Notes: generated by a model from the letters alone, not told the origin. 64,000 nt of DNA from Octopus bimaculoides (GCF_001194135.2 NC_069006.1:19316539-19380538), one strand, 5' to 3'. Counted from the stretch's first letter, positions 24,704-37,945 are shown. Numbers and translations: made by a program.

Positions 24704-24925
24704 CCCTTTTGATACCAACAGCCTGAGACCACCTCAAATTCTATGATATAAATTTTTTGTCTTAAAGTTATCTAAATTAAGACCTTCCCTCTATATTTCA
24801 TTTTAATTTCTGTTCCAAACCACCAGCTTAATAATGACAAAGTTAGTTTTCTAAGTTCTTCATTATTTTCAAAATTAATTGAACATAGGGCAGTGCTTTT
24901 CAACAGGTTTATAGTAACAAAAGGG
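24704..24925. mobile_element. piggyBac-type MITE (TTAA TSD, CCCTTTTG termini)
   Basis: TTAA(24700-24703) cccttttgatacc ... gtaacaaaaggg TTAA(24926-24929). A second copy lies at about 25036-25257, with partial copies at about 30585 and 44071. Confidence 0.8.
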
Positions 24926-25539
24926 TTAATGTTTCTCTTGTTCTCACTCTCCTTCCCCCTGTTTATGTGTGGAAGCATATTTTTCTGTATGTGTATGAGG
25001 AGAGGAAAATGTTTATGTCAGTTGTGTTTGATTGACTCTTTTGATACGAACCTACCTGAAACCACCTCTGGCTCTGTAGTACAAATGTCTTGTTTTCAAA
25101 GGTTCTGAATTAAAATCTTCCACCAAACCTTAGTCACAGTTTATGTTCCCAACACTAGCTTAATGATAACTAAGTTATTTTACTAAATTCTTTATAATAT
25201 TTAAAATTAATTGAAAGAAACACTGAGCATCTCAACAGAAACATGGTAACAAAAGGGTTAATAAATTTTAACGTCTTTCTCCCCCCCCTCTCTCTCTGTT
25301 TATCTGTGTGAATATATTTTTCTTTATGTGTATGAGGAGACGGAAAGAGATTTTGCCAATGGTGTTCAATTAAAAAATTATAATCTTCCTTTCTCTGTCA
25401 CTCTTTCAGTCTGCCTGTGAACATTTCTGTATGTGTGTGTGTGAGAGAGAGAGTTTGTGTTTGCATCCAGTGCCAAAAAGTACTGTTGCCAAAAACAGGT
25501 TGAATGTCCAATCTAACTCTATCCATCTATCTGTCCTCT

Positions 25540-26722
25540 TTCATCTTCATCACTGCTGCCATCACTAACAGCATCACCATTACACCATCACCACCACTCT
25601 CATCTTTCCAGTACTGTCAGCATCACCATAGCATCCACCACCACAACCATTATCACTATCCTCACCATCGCCACTACTACTACCACCACCACTACCACAA
25701 CCATCATCAAAATATATTTGATTGACACCTGAGTGATGAGACTATGATACCACCACCACCACTGCTACTACCAACACCATCAAAGCCATCACCACAGCCA
25801 CTCCCACTACGTCCACCAACACCATCACAGCCACCACCAAAACCACTGCCAACATTACCAGCACCACTACTACCATTGCTGCTGCTGCTACTACCACAAC
25901 CACCACAGCCACCACTACTATTACCACCACCACAAAAACAACCATTGCACCTACCATCACCATTACAACCACCACCACTACAACTACTTCCTTCATCATC
26001 TTGATCCTCCCACCGCAATCATCATTATCAACTGCATTAGCACCTGTACAGTCACCACCATCCCTACCACCACCATCCCCACACCTTCTCATTACAGCCA
26101 TCATCAATATCATCAGGATTATAAACAAATGTAAAAGCCCAGAACAACAACAACAACAACGCAGTCAGAGGTAAATGACACACAGCATTAGTCACAGCCT
26201 TTAAAGAATTGTTACACCTGGTCTCCCCCTCTCTCTCTCTTTCTCTCTCTCTGTATATAGAGCTAATCAGTGGAGATGGTGGAGGTGGTGAGTTGGTGGC
26301 GAGGGGATAGTGATGTTNNNNNNNNNNNNNNNNNNNNNNNCGGGGGAAGATGATGGTAGTGGTGGCTTTGGGGGTGGTGAAGGTGGTGGCGTCGGGGACG
26401 GTGGTGGTGGGGATAGTAGTGGTGTTGGAGGCGGTGATGGCATTGGGGATGGTGAAAGTGGTGGCGTAGGAGACGGTGGTGGTGTTGGTGGTGGTGATGG
26501 CATTGGAGTTGGCGGTGGTGTGGTGGTGTTTGGAGATGGTGATACTTGTTAATGTTGGTGAGGGTGGTAGGAGTGGTGATACTGGCTGTGATGGTGGGAG
26601 TAATAGTAGTAATAGTAGTAGTAGTAGTGATACTGGTCATGGTAGTGGTGGTTGTGCTAATGGTGGTCATGATAATGATGTGGTGATAGTAAAAGCAGCA
26701 ATGGTAGTAGTAACCACTACTG

Positions 26723-26758
<36 letters not shown>

Positions 26759-26810
26759 TTACTACTGCAACCACTTTCAATAATAATAATAATAATAATA
26801 ATGGTAATGT
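25540..26810. repeat. Two long complementary trinucleotide low-complexity tracts: (ACC/ATC)n then (GGT/GAT/AGT)n
   Basis: 25540-26130 is CAC/CAT-rich and 26270-26810 is GGT/GAT/AGT-rich. Confidence 0.85.
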
Positions 26811-27299
26811 CTATGATAGGCGGAAAGCCACTTATCTTAAGGAGTAGGTTCATTAACCAACCTCATCACCTGATTGGCACTCATTAAGAGCATGAATTGT
26901 ATCATCACTCACAGCATAGTATGTATTTGATTTTTACAACCACAAGCATAGCTGTGTGGCAAGAAGCTTGCTTCCAAACCACATGGTTACAAGTTCAGTC
27001 CTGTTGTACAGTATAAGCTCTGATCTTGAGCAGCCATGATAAAGCCTTCACTCTCTTCCTTTAGCCCTGAGCTCCATAGCCACTGATGGGTGTGCTTCTG
27101 ATCTACATCAGCTTGTTTGCTATGGGTCAGATATTTGCCATGCAGAGGTTATTATTTCCCACCTATCAGCCAATTATTCAAATGCATTTTGCTTTGCTAT
27201 TGATTTCACCTTCTTTGCAACTACAGTTGCCGCATTTCCCTCATACTGTCCAACCTGAGTGTTATGCATAAACTCACTTGAAAATTGTTTGCTCTCCTT

Positions 27300-27900
27300 C
27301 ATAACAGAATGAATCTTCTTATATCTTTCATGGGTTTCAACGATCTTTAGCATTCAGTCATTAGATGTTACAAGATATTTTACCACTTTAATTGTAGTGG
27401 TTTTGTAAGAGATTTCAAATTGGATCAAGCCTCGATCTCCTTGAGGTAGGTAAAGACGATCTACATCTGGCTTTGGGTCGTGCATCTTATGGATTTTCCA
27501 GTCAATCTTCTTTATTTTACTCATATTCTAGTTCAGCACATTGAAACTGTAAATAACAACCTTGTTACGTGCATTTAACTTGGATTTTAGGACTGTTCAA
27601 ACTCTCCTGTAACATTCCTTCCTGATTTTCTCTTTCATGCTTGCATGCTGAATGCCATAAACCTCATTTATTACGAGGTATTTGTAAGTTTCTTCCTGCT
27701 TGAGTTTTTTTATGACTGTGTCAACATCCAATACTATTGAATGTGAGGCCTTCAATTCCCCTTTCTGGAAAGTAGCCTTGGCACATTTATCAAGACCAAA
27801 TTCCATCCTGATGTCATCAATGAATACTTTCACAGTACATAGTAGTCCTTCAAGCTCATTATTGTCTTTGCCATAGAGTTTTAAGTCATCCACTCTGCTG
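27300..27900 (-). mobile_element. Dong/R4-like LINE reverse-transcriptase fragment
   Basis: MDDLKLYGK...DIRMEFGLDKCAKA...YKYL...MKEKIRKECYRRV, continuing to LNARNK and PKPDVDRLYL...RGL after frameshifts. Confidence 0.85.
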
Positions 27901-29399
27901 CCAGCAGAGAATGGATGTTAAAATTTTAAACATGGTAGATAGACATTTTATGGGCTGATAGTTTTGGGGGAAATTTAGTTTCATTCTTCTTCTTTTTCTT
28001 ATTACTATAAAGGCTGACAGACTTATTAGCGTGCTGAACAAAATGATTAATGGCATTTTGTCTGTGTTTATATTTTGAGTTCAAATTACAACATGGCTGA
28101 TTTTGCCTTTCATCCTTTCAGGGTTGATAAATTAAGTACCAGTGAAACACTAGGGTTGATGTAATCAACTAGTCCCCTCCCCACAAATTTCAAGCCTTGT
28201 GCCTTTAGTAGAAAGAATTATTATTATTAATATCATTATAATAACCATCTAGGTAGCATGCTGGCAGAGGCATTACCATGCCAGACTAAATGTTTAACAG
28301 CATTTTAAATCTTTACATTCTGAGTTCAAATTCCACCAAGGTTGACTTTACCTTTCATGCTTTTGGAATCAATAAAATAAGTACCAGTTGAGCACTTAGG
28401 TCGATGACAGACAGACAGACATGGATGAATGGACAGGCTGACAGATAGATGGATGGATGGACAGACACTAACAAACAGTCAGACAGACACAAACAGACAT
28501 GCACAGACAAACATACAGATAGATGGATGGGTGGATGGAAGGACAAACTGACAAATAGACAGACAGGCAGATGGGTAAATGGACAGACAGACAGATGAAT
28601 AGATAGGTAGATGGGTGGGTGGATAAATTAGTATTAACATATATAAGGCAAGAAGCAGTAAAAAAAATATATAACAAGAAATATATAAATCTTTCTCCTT
28701 TAAGTTCAAGGTCTGAAATATTTTTGCATGGGTTTCTAGTATATTCCATCACCCCCAGTTCTCAAATGGTACTTCATTTATTGACCCCACAAAGGATAAA
28801 AGGCAAATTTGACCTAGAGGGCATTTGAACTCAGAACTTAAGGCCAGAAGAAATGCTGGTAAGCATTTTGCCCAACATACTAATGATTCTGCCAGCTCCA
28901 CTGCCATACAAGAAATACATAATGACACTGAGAGACAGACAGATAAATTAGTGTTATTAACATATTTCATAGATGGGACATTAAAAAGCTAATTAGAGAT
29001 AATTGTGGTAATATTAACCCTTTGGAGATGGAATCCTTTTCACAAGCCCTACAGTGGGCATGTAATTATTTTTCAAAAAAAAATTATAAACAGTAAAGTA
29101 ATTACTCTACATATATAAAATTATATATATATTCTTAGGAAACTGAATGAACTAATACAATCTTCTTTGTCATTTGACTTTTCGGCCAATAGATCAGCTC
29201 TATCATCTAAGTATGAGAAGTATGACCATTTTTTATGGTTTCCTAGCAAGCATGAGAGACAATTCCAGACATGTTAAAGTCTTATACTGAGCCCCTCAGC
29301 AAAACATAGCCTTCACCATAAAGAAAACAATAAATCACTTAGTAAAAATATAATATTGTATATGTATTGGTTAATATTAATAACTAGTATTAATAACCA

Positions 29400-29780
29400 T
29401 AGGTGCAGGAGTAACTGTGTGGTTATGAAGTTTGCTTCCCAACCATATGGTTCTGGGTTCATTCCTACTGCATAGCACCATGGGCAAGTGCCTTCCACTA
29501 TAGTCCCAAGCTGGTCAAAGCCTTGTAAGTGGATTTGGTAAATGGAAACTGAAAGAAGCCCATCATATGTGTGTGTGTGTGTGTGTCTTTGCGCTTGTCC
29601 CCAACCACCACTTGACAACCAGTGTTGGTTTGTTTGTATCCCTGTAACTTAGGTGGTTCAGCAAATCAAAACAAAATAAGTTCCTGACTTAAAAAATAAA
29701 TACTGGGGTTGATCTGTTCAACGAAACCCTTCAAGGTGGTGCCCCAGCATGGTCACAGTCCAATGACTAGAATAATTAAA
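29400..29780 (+). mobile_element. tRNA-derived SINE (family D: ggtgcaggagt.gctgtgtgg head)
   Basis: Head, then gggcaagtgccttccactatag, aagccttgtaagtggatttggta...aactgaaagaagccc and an internal (GT)n. Copies at about 9762-9960(+), 22620-22778(-), 32150-32545(+), 45178-45330(-), 60715-60880(-) and 61335-61480(+). Confidence 0.8.
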
Positions 29781-29849
29781 ATGTGAAAGTGTATAGATAA
29801 ACGGGCAGCATCATGCTGAAGCACTATCTAAGAGTGTATATCAGCAATG

Positions 29850-30570
29850 AGTGAGTAGAATTAACATGTTTAGATTTATCTAGAATGAGAACAGCAATGA
29901 ATAGATAAAGTTGTCGAAGCAGATAAAGTAGACAATATGTAATATAATAATTCTGAGAAGGATAAAAATAATTTATAAATTGAATTAGTATTGATGGCTG
30001 AACTGGTAGCTAAGAACAAAATAATGGCTACAACACACAGGTTGTGCTAGTTATTAAATATTGATTCAGTTACAGTAAATCGAAAACTAAATGAGTTACA
30101 AAACACAGAGAAATAACGAAGATAATTGGACAGGATGTATAATAACTGAGGGACTCGGAAGAGTAGATGGTAATACAAATAAAAGATCGATACAATAGTT
30201 TATAGAAGGATATGTTTTTTTTTAAAGAAATATCTCAAAGAAAAGAAGGGAATTTATTCTAGAAATTGATTAGGGAATATGACAAGTAGAAAAATCTAGT
30301 TTCTAAAGAAACAGAAGTAATTAAATACAAAAGAAAAATCTGGACTATGAGGAGACTGTCGAAATGCTGTATTAACAAAAATGGTAATAAAATCCAAGAG
30401 TGTTTTATAGATGTCAGTAAGTTTGGTTTTTGTGAGGAAGAATGGACAAGTATGACAGGCATAAATACAGGAAAGGTGTTATAAAACACTTTAGTCATAT
30501 GAAAATAGTAAAAAGGCAATATCTTTTGTTGCCAGTAGCAACAAAGACCAATATAGTGTAACAGCTTTGA
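29850..30570 (+). mobile_element. Highly decayed LINE RT-region fragment
   Basis: A-rich, broken frames with RT-like remnants (e.g. SKFGFCEEEWTS) and many stops. Confidence 0.35.
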
Positions 30571-30829
30571 TTTAACTATTTTGCTACCAACCTGAGACTT
30601 CCTTGGTTCTATGATACGAATTTCCTGTTTTAAAGTGATCCTAATTTTTAAAACTTTCCGTCAAAATTCCATGTTAATTTATGCTCTAGGCACAAGGCCT
30701 GAAATTTTGAGGGAGAGGGCTAGTCAATTACATTGACCATTGAAAAAGAGAGATAGAAGTAAAAAGTGCTATGAATGCTGGGAAAACACAGACTACATTT
30801 TGTGACATTCACTTGACCCAATGTTAGTC

Positions 30830-32760
30830 AAATCACAACAGACATATAGAAACATGACTAAATAGATAGTCCTTTATATATACACTTGTTATTGGGTATT
30901 GTTTATAGAACTAAGTCTTAACTATAGAGGCAGTTATATGGTTAGTAAGGTGGAGAGCTGGCAGAAATGTTAGCATGCTGGGCGAAATGCTTAGCAGTAT
31001 TTCATTTGTCTTTACATTCTAGGTTCAAATTCCGCTGAGGTCGACTTTGCCTTTTATCCTTTTGGGATTGATGAATTAAGCACCAGTTGCATACCGGGGT
31101 CAATCTAATCGACTGGCCCCAATCCACCAAATTTTGGGCCTTGTGCCTAGAGTAGAAAAGTTATATGGTTAGTCTACATTACTCTGTGAGGAGAATAGGG
31201 CCAGTTTCTCCCTGGACATACACTGGTCCAATCACAGGATTAATCATACCAGCTGAGTGGACTGGAGCAATGTGAAATGAAGGGTTTTGTTCAAAAACAC
31301 AATGCATCACCTGGTCCAGGGATCAAAACCACAATCTTACAATCATGAGTCCAACACCCTAACCACTAAGCCATGCGTTTCCCCTAATTTCTATATTATA
31401 CACGACAATATTGTAGGGTACATTTATATTATGGTTAGTCCACATTAATCCATAAGAATCATAGGGCTGGTTTCCTGGTTTCCCTGATGTGGATACACTT
31501 CCCTGGATGGGACATCAGTCCATCACAGGATTCTCCATTTTTACCAGTTGAGTGGACTGGAGTAACGTGAAATGAAGTGTTTTGCTCAAGAACATAATGT
31601 ATCACCTGGTCCAGGAATCGAAACCACAATCTTATGATCATGAGTCCAACACCCTAACCACTAAGCCATGCACCTCCACTCAGGTAGTTATATACACACA
31701 CAGTATTGTTTATACAAGTCAGACATGACTAAAAATGTAGTTATATACACACTGCTTATTGTCTTTCATGTTCAGACATAACCACTATAAACAAGTTATA
31801 TAGGGTGAATATATAACTACCTGCTTAGCAGTTGTTGTGTGTGTACATATAACTGTTTAGCACCACTGGGTATTGTCTAGACATGACTACATAGGTAGTT
31901 ATATACACTCTGATCATAATTTACAGAGGTCAAGCTCAATAAAACAGGTCATTATGTACACACTGATTATTGATTATAGAGGTCAAGCATGACTAAACAT
32001 ATAATCATATACACACTGGTCACTGTTTGTGGTGATCAAGCTATGTTTATATGATTAAACAAGTAGTTATATATACATTTTTTTTTAAGTGACTAAACAG
32101 GTATATATACATGCTAATTATTGTTTACAGAGGTCAAGCATGACTAAATAGTTGTGGTAAGAAGCTTGTTTCCCACCCCACCTGGTTCCAGGTTCAGTCC
32201 CACTGTGTGGCACCTTCTATTATAGCATCAGGCCAACCAAAGCCTTGTAAGTGGATTTGGTAAATGGAAACTGAAAGAAGCCCATCATATATATATATGT
32301 GTGTGTGTGTGTGTGCGTGTGTGTGTGTCTCTTTGTGTCTGTTTTTGTCCCCCACTCACTGCTTGACAACCAGTGTTGGTGTTGTTATGTTCCTGTAACT
32401 TAACAGTTTGGCAAAAGAGACTGATAGAATAAGTGCCAGGCTTAACAAAATTAAGTAATGGGGTTGATTCGTTTGACTAAAATTCTTGAAGGTGGCGCCC
32501 CAGCATGGCTGCAGTCAAATGACTGAAACAAGTAAACGATAAAAGATATATAATATATATATATATATACACTCACTGGTAGAGGTAGTTATATACACAC
32601 AGGATATTATTTATATTAGTCAAACGTGACTACATAGATATACGCACACACACACACACACACTGGTAATTGTTTTTGGAAGTCAGATATGAACTAAATA
32701 GGTTATTATATACACACTGGATATTATTTCTGGAAGTCAGGCACACATATAACTAATTAG
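30830..32760. repeat. Degenerate ~55-60-bp minisatellite (core tagttatatacacactg) interrupted by SINEs
   Basis: The core recurs about ten times between 30870 and 32720. Confidence 0.65.
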
Positions 32761-33644
32761 AGACACAGTGGGGGCATTGATTATGGAGCTTAGACAATAA
32801 AATCTCCAATTTAAATGTCATAACTACACCATCATACCCTAGGTTTCAAAGCTCTCATAAATTTCTAGGCTACTCAAGGACAGTGTTTTTCCTAGCGGGT
32901 GGGGAATGTTTGAGTTGGAAAGAGTGGGAGAGGAGCAGGCAAATCACCTTGTTTAATAAAATTTTGTTACAAGGCCAATGATTTTAAGGGGATTTATTTT
33001 ATCAACCCCAATGAAAGGCAAAGTTGACCTCAGCAGCATTTGAACTCAGAAATTAATGAGTTAGAAGAAATGCTGCTAAACATGTTGTTTGATGTGTTAA
33101 CAATTCTGCCAGCTCACCATCTTTTGTTTCAAATATTGGACTAAAGCCAGCAGTTTTGAAAGGAGGGACAAGTTGATGACATCAACCTCTGTGCTCGACC
33201 GGTACTTTATTTTATCAACCCTGAAACGATGCCAAATTGAGCGGCATTTGGACTCAGTATGTAATGAGTCAGAAACTATACAGCTAAACATTTAGTCTGT
33301 GCTAATGCTGCCAGCTCACCACTTTACCATGTTTAATAAAATTAAAATGCTCCAAACATTTTAAATGCTCAACACCATGGTGAAGAAAAATAGTTATATG
33401 GATACAAGCTATTAGTGTTCTCCGTAGCCCTTTGCCTGTCCTGTGTATCAGATATAATATCAGGACATATTTCCTTGGCATCCATGTATCATAAACAATA
33501 AACATTCCCAATTTTTTTTTTCAGTCACCAGAGTAATTTGGGACTTATGAAAGGAACAACTTTATATTACTCAGAATGTATGAAACAAAGACTAATATAT
33601 ATATAAAAATACAAAATGGGACAATATATATATATATATATATA

Positions 33645-33771
33645 CAAGGTGTCCACAAAGTCTGGCTACATGGTGTAAATAAAATCATAACATAAACAAT
33701 TAAATATAAGAAATAATAATTTCTTAAAGTATGTGTTACTCCCCATGTACCCAGACTTTGTGGACGCCCTG
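33645..33771. mobile_element. Tc1/mariner-type MITE (127 bp) in (TA)n
   Basis: 29-bp TIRs ca(a/g)gg(t/c)gtccacaaagtctgg(c/g)tacatgg with 26/29 identity, TA on both sides. Confidence 0.85.
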
Positions 33772-34254
33772 TATATATATATATATATATATATATNNNN
33801 NNNNNNNNNNNNNNNNNNNNNNNNNNNNNNNNNNNNNNNNNNNNNNNNNNNNNNNNNNNNNNNNNNNNNNNNNNNNNNNNNNNNNNNNNNNNNNNNNNNN
33901 NNNNNNNNNNNNNNNNNNNNNNNNNNNNNNNNNNNNNNNNNNNNNNNNNNNNNNNNNNNNNNNNNNNNNNNNNNNNNNNNNNNNNNNNNNNNNNNNNNNN
34001 NNNNNNNNNNNATATATATATATATATATACAATGCTTCAGGACTCTTGGCTGATAAAGTCTCAAAACAATGTATTACCTACCACTTGATATAGTACTAA
34101 CACATATTACACATCTAAACCAAATTAACCTACAGTAACTAACAGTCTGAAAACAAGCATGGATGTTTAAGATAGATTTATGAAAATGCTTTGAATAGGG
34201 AAAGATTTAAATAGCTGCTAAATAAAATTAGCTGTTCCTTCAGAAATAGCTTAA

Positions 34255-34485
34255 CCCTTGGCCTGTTCTGTGTATCACATGTGATGCACAAGACATATCT
34301 CCTTGGTATCCATGCATCATATATGATACACATCCAGTTTTTTTTTCAACCATGAAAGTAACTTCAAACTTTAAAAAGGGAACTTTATATTAATCAGAAC
34401 ATATGAAAGAAGGGTTGACTAAAAGTTTGAAAAAAGCATGGCCGTTTAGAACAAACTTGTGAAAATGCTTTGGACAGGCAAAGGG
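34255..34485. mobile_element. piggyBac-type MITE, middle unit of a tandem triplet
   Basis: TTAA(34251-34254) cccttggcctgttc ... ggacaggcaaaggg TTAA(34486-34489). Homologous units start at 33428 and 34537. Confidence 0.8.
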
Positions 34486-35239
34486 TTAAATAGCTATTAA
34501 ATAATAAGATTACTTGTTTCTCCAGAAATAGCTTAACCCTTTGCCTATTCTGTGTTTCCCATGTGATATACAGAATATATTTCCCTGGTATCCTGCATCA
34601 TATATGATATACATTTCCGAATTTTTTCAACCATGAGAATAACTTGGGACTTATGAAAGGAAGGTTTTATATTATTTTATATTACTCAGGACAAATGAAA
34701 CAAGGGTTAATTAAAAGTCTGAAAAAAGCATGGACATTCAGGACAAACTCATGAAAACGCTTTAGATAAACAAAAAGGTAAAAAACTTCATAAATATTTT
34801 AACAGGTTTTGGGACCACATATTTGTCATTTTGAGAACTGCTACAAGATATTCTCGATGTCAAAATGCTCCTGAAAACATCTCTGAATGCAAACAGAAAT
34901 TAAGAATAAGCTTTCAGACACATCATCGAAGACTAAAAAATGAAAAATCAGCAGAAAAATATCTAGTTCTAGTGACTTATTAATGGTTGTGGATTTATGA
35001 GAATAAGAACTATCCAGAGAGATGGCCATAAAATATAGGGGCCAGAGGTTAGACTATTGAAGGAAATGGTCACCTTAATAGAAGAAGTTGTAAAACCATT
35101 GAAGAAGATATTCGGTGTTGTAGGTTTACCAACATGAAATGCAGGAGCATTATTAGTTACAACATAGACATTCTGTTGACAGCATAAGTACCTGTTTTAT
35201 GTGCAGATCAAAGCCATTTGCACATAATAACATTGCATA

Positions 35240-35269
35240 TACCTGGGACAGTTGAGGTGGGTCTGATGT

Positions 35270-35306
<37 letters not shown>

Positions 35307-35356
35307 TACATATATCCTGAGACACAGGGTGGAGTTGATGTGTGTAGAGAGAGAGG

Positions 35357-35397
<41 letters not shown>

Positions 35398-35681
35398 GGA
35401 GAAGAGAAGATGTGTATGTATGTATATTTGTGAATGTATGTGAGTGTATGTGTGCAAGAGTGAGATAGGATATATGTAAGAGAAAGAGAGAGGATGTGTA
35501 TGTGTGAGAGGGAAACTACATATACCCTGAATACAAGGTGGGGTTGGTGTGAGGAGATAGAGATAGAGGGAGGGAGGGAGAGAGAGAGAGAGAGAGAATT
35601 ATATATACCCTGAGATGCAAGAGCATTGCTGATACAGGGAGAGAGAGAGAGACATTCCTGAGACACATGAGACAGGGCTGG

Positions 35682-35716
<35 letters not shown>

Positions 35717-35757
35717 CTACCTGTATCTCTAATACACATAAGGGTGGGGCTATCTTA

Positions 35758-35802
<45 letters not shown>

Positions 35803-35900
35803 AGCACATTGGAAAGCCACAAATAGCAACCCTGATATCCGACCCAGGCCACACAGTGAAGGGGAAGAAGGGTACATTTGATTAAGTCAACCCAAGTACA
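35240..35900. repeat. Composite repeat: short unit (ctacatatatcctgagacacagggtgg-like) alternating with (GA)n tracts
   Basis: About six degenerate units are visible between GA runs. Confidence 0.6.
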
Positions 35901-35952
35901 NNNNNNNNNNNNNNNNNNNNNNNNNNNNNNNNNNNNNNNNNGGGCTATCTTA

Positions 35953-35999
<47 letters not shown>

Positions 36000-36568
36000 A
36001 GCACATTGGAAAGCCACAAATAGCAACCCTGATATCCGACCCAGGCCACACAGTGAAGGGGAAGAAGGGTACATTTGATTAAGTCAACCCAAGTACATTA
36101 CTGGTTCTTTACCAACCCTGAAAGGATGGAAGGTAAAGTTGTAATGATGGAATGGACCCCAATACATAACAGGTACTTTATTTTATCAGCCCCTGGAAGG
36201 AGTGAGGTTGGTGACAAAAAAGGCATCTGACCATAGAAAATCTGGCTCAACTAATTCTGTCTGATCCATGCTAGCTTGGAAAAGCAGATGTTAAAGGATG
36301 AATAAAATAATGGTTTCAAATTTCAGCACAAAGCCAGCAATTTGGCGGGAGGGGTACGTCAATTACATTGACCCCAGTGCTCCACAGGTACTTATTTTAT
36401 CAACCCCGAAAGGATGAAAGGCCTGCTATGTACTATAATAGTAACAAATACACACAGTCACACATTATGTTGGAGAGAAAGTCAACCATGTCAGTTTCAA
36501 TACTCGAACGAGTTGTTTATTTTATTTGTACCAGAGAGCAGGAGAAGCTAAGTTAAGCTCAGTAAGAA

Positions 36569-36600
<32 letters not shown>

Positions 36601-37945
36601 TGAATGCTTGTCTTCCATGCTGGCATGGGCTGGATAGCTTGACAGGAGCTGGCGAGCCAGAAAGCTGCAGCAGGCTCCAATTGTCTGTTTTGGCATGATT
36701 TCTACAGTTGGATGCCCTTCCTAATGCCAACCCCTGGGTGCTTTTCATGTGGTACCAGCATTGGTGCTTTATATGTGACCCTGGCACAGGTGCTTTTTAC
36801 ATGATTCCAGCATAGGGGCTTTTTACTGGGCTGTACCCTACACTGCCAAATATTTTAACCCTTTAGCATTCAGGTCACTGTCAAAAGTAATGTTTTGAGT
36901 AAATCATGCATTATCTCATAGCTTTGATATTTCAATGATGTGATTGTTTATTTTTAGAATGACATTTTAGGATAGGTATACAAGGCTAGACCTGACCTAA
37001 CCTGACCAATTTCTTTTCTCTTCTTTTCTACTCTAGGCAAAAGGCCTGAAATTTTTGGGGGAGCGGGGGCAGTCGATTAGATTGACCCCAGTATGCAACT
37101 GGTACTTAGTTTATTGACCCCCCCAAAAGGATGAAAGGCAAAGTCGACCTTGGTGGAATTTGAACTCAGAACATAAAGACAGACGNNNNNNNNNNATGTG
37201 ATTGTTTATTTTTAGAATGACATTTTAGGATAGGTATACAAGGCTAGACCTGACCTAACCTGACCAATTTCTTTTCTCTTCTTTTCTACTCTAGGCAAAA
37301 GGCCTGAAATTTTTGGGGGAGCGGGGGCAGTCGATTAGATTGACCCCAGTATGCAACTGGTACTTAGTTTATTGACCCCCCCAAAAGGATGAAAGGCAAA
37401 GTCGACCTTGGTGGAATTTGAACTCAGAACATAAAGACAGACGAAATACCACTAAGCATTTCGCCTGACGTCCTAACGATTCTGCCAGCTCACCGCCAAT
37501 TTCAACATACAACAGGTGGAATATTTGGGCTGAACATGGCCAGTTTAAATGCTAAGTGGAGACATGCGGCTTAGTAGTTAGGGTTTCGGACTCATGATTG
37601 TAAGATTGTGGTTTCGATTCCTGGACTGGGCGATGTGGTGTGTTCTTGAGCAAAACACTTCTTTTCACACTGCTCCAGTTCACTCAGCTGGCAAAAATGA
37701 GTAAGCCTGAGACAGACCAGCATCCTACCCAGGTACAGAATATATACGCCATGAAACTGGGAAACCGGCCCTTGAGAGTCGACATGACTCAAGAAAGTAA
37801 CTTTACCCAGTTTAAATGCTGAAGGACTAAACATCTCAACAGTGATCCCTAATGGAGCAAAATCTTCTAACCTTAATTGCCTTATTTATCATACTGTTGT
37901 CAACTGAAATATATGGTCCCTCTCTCTCTCTATCTNNNNNNNNNN

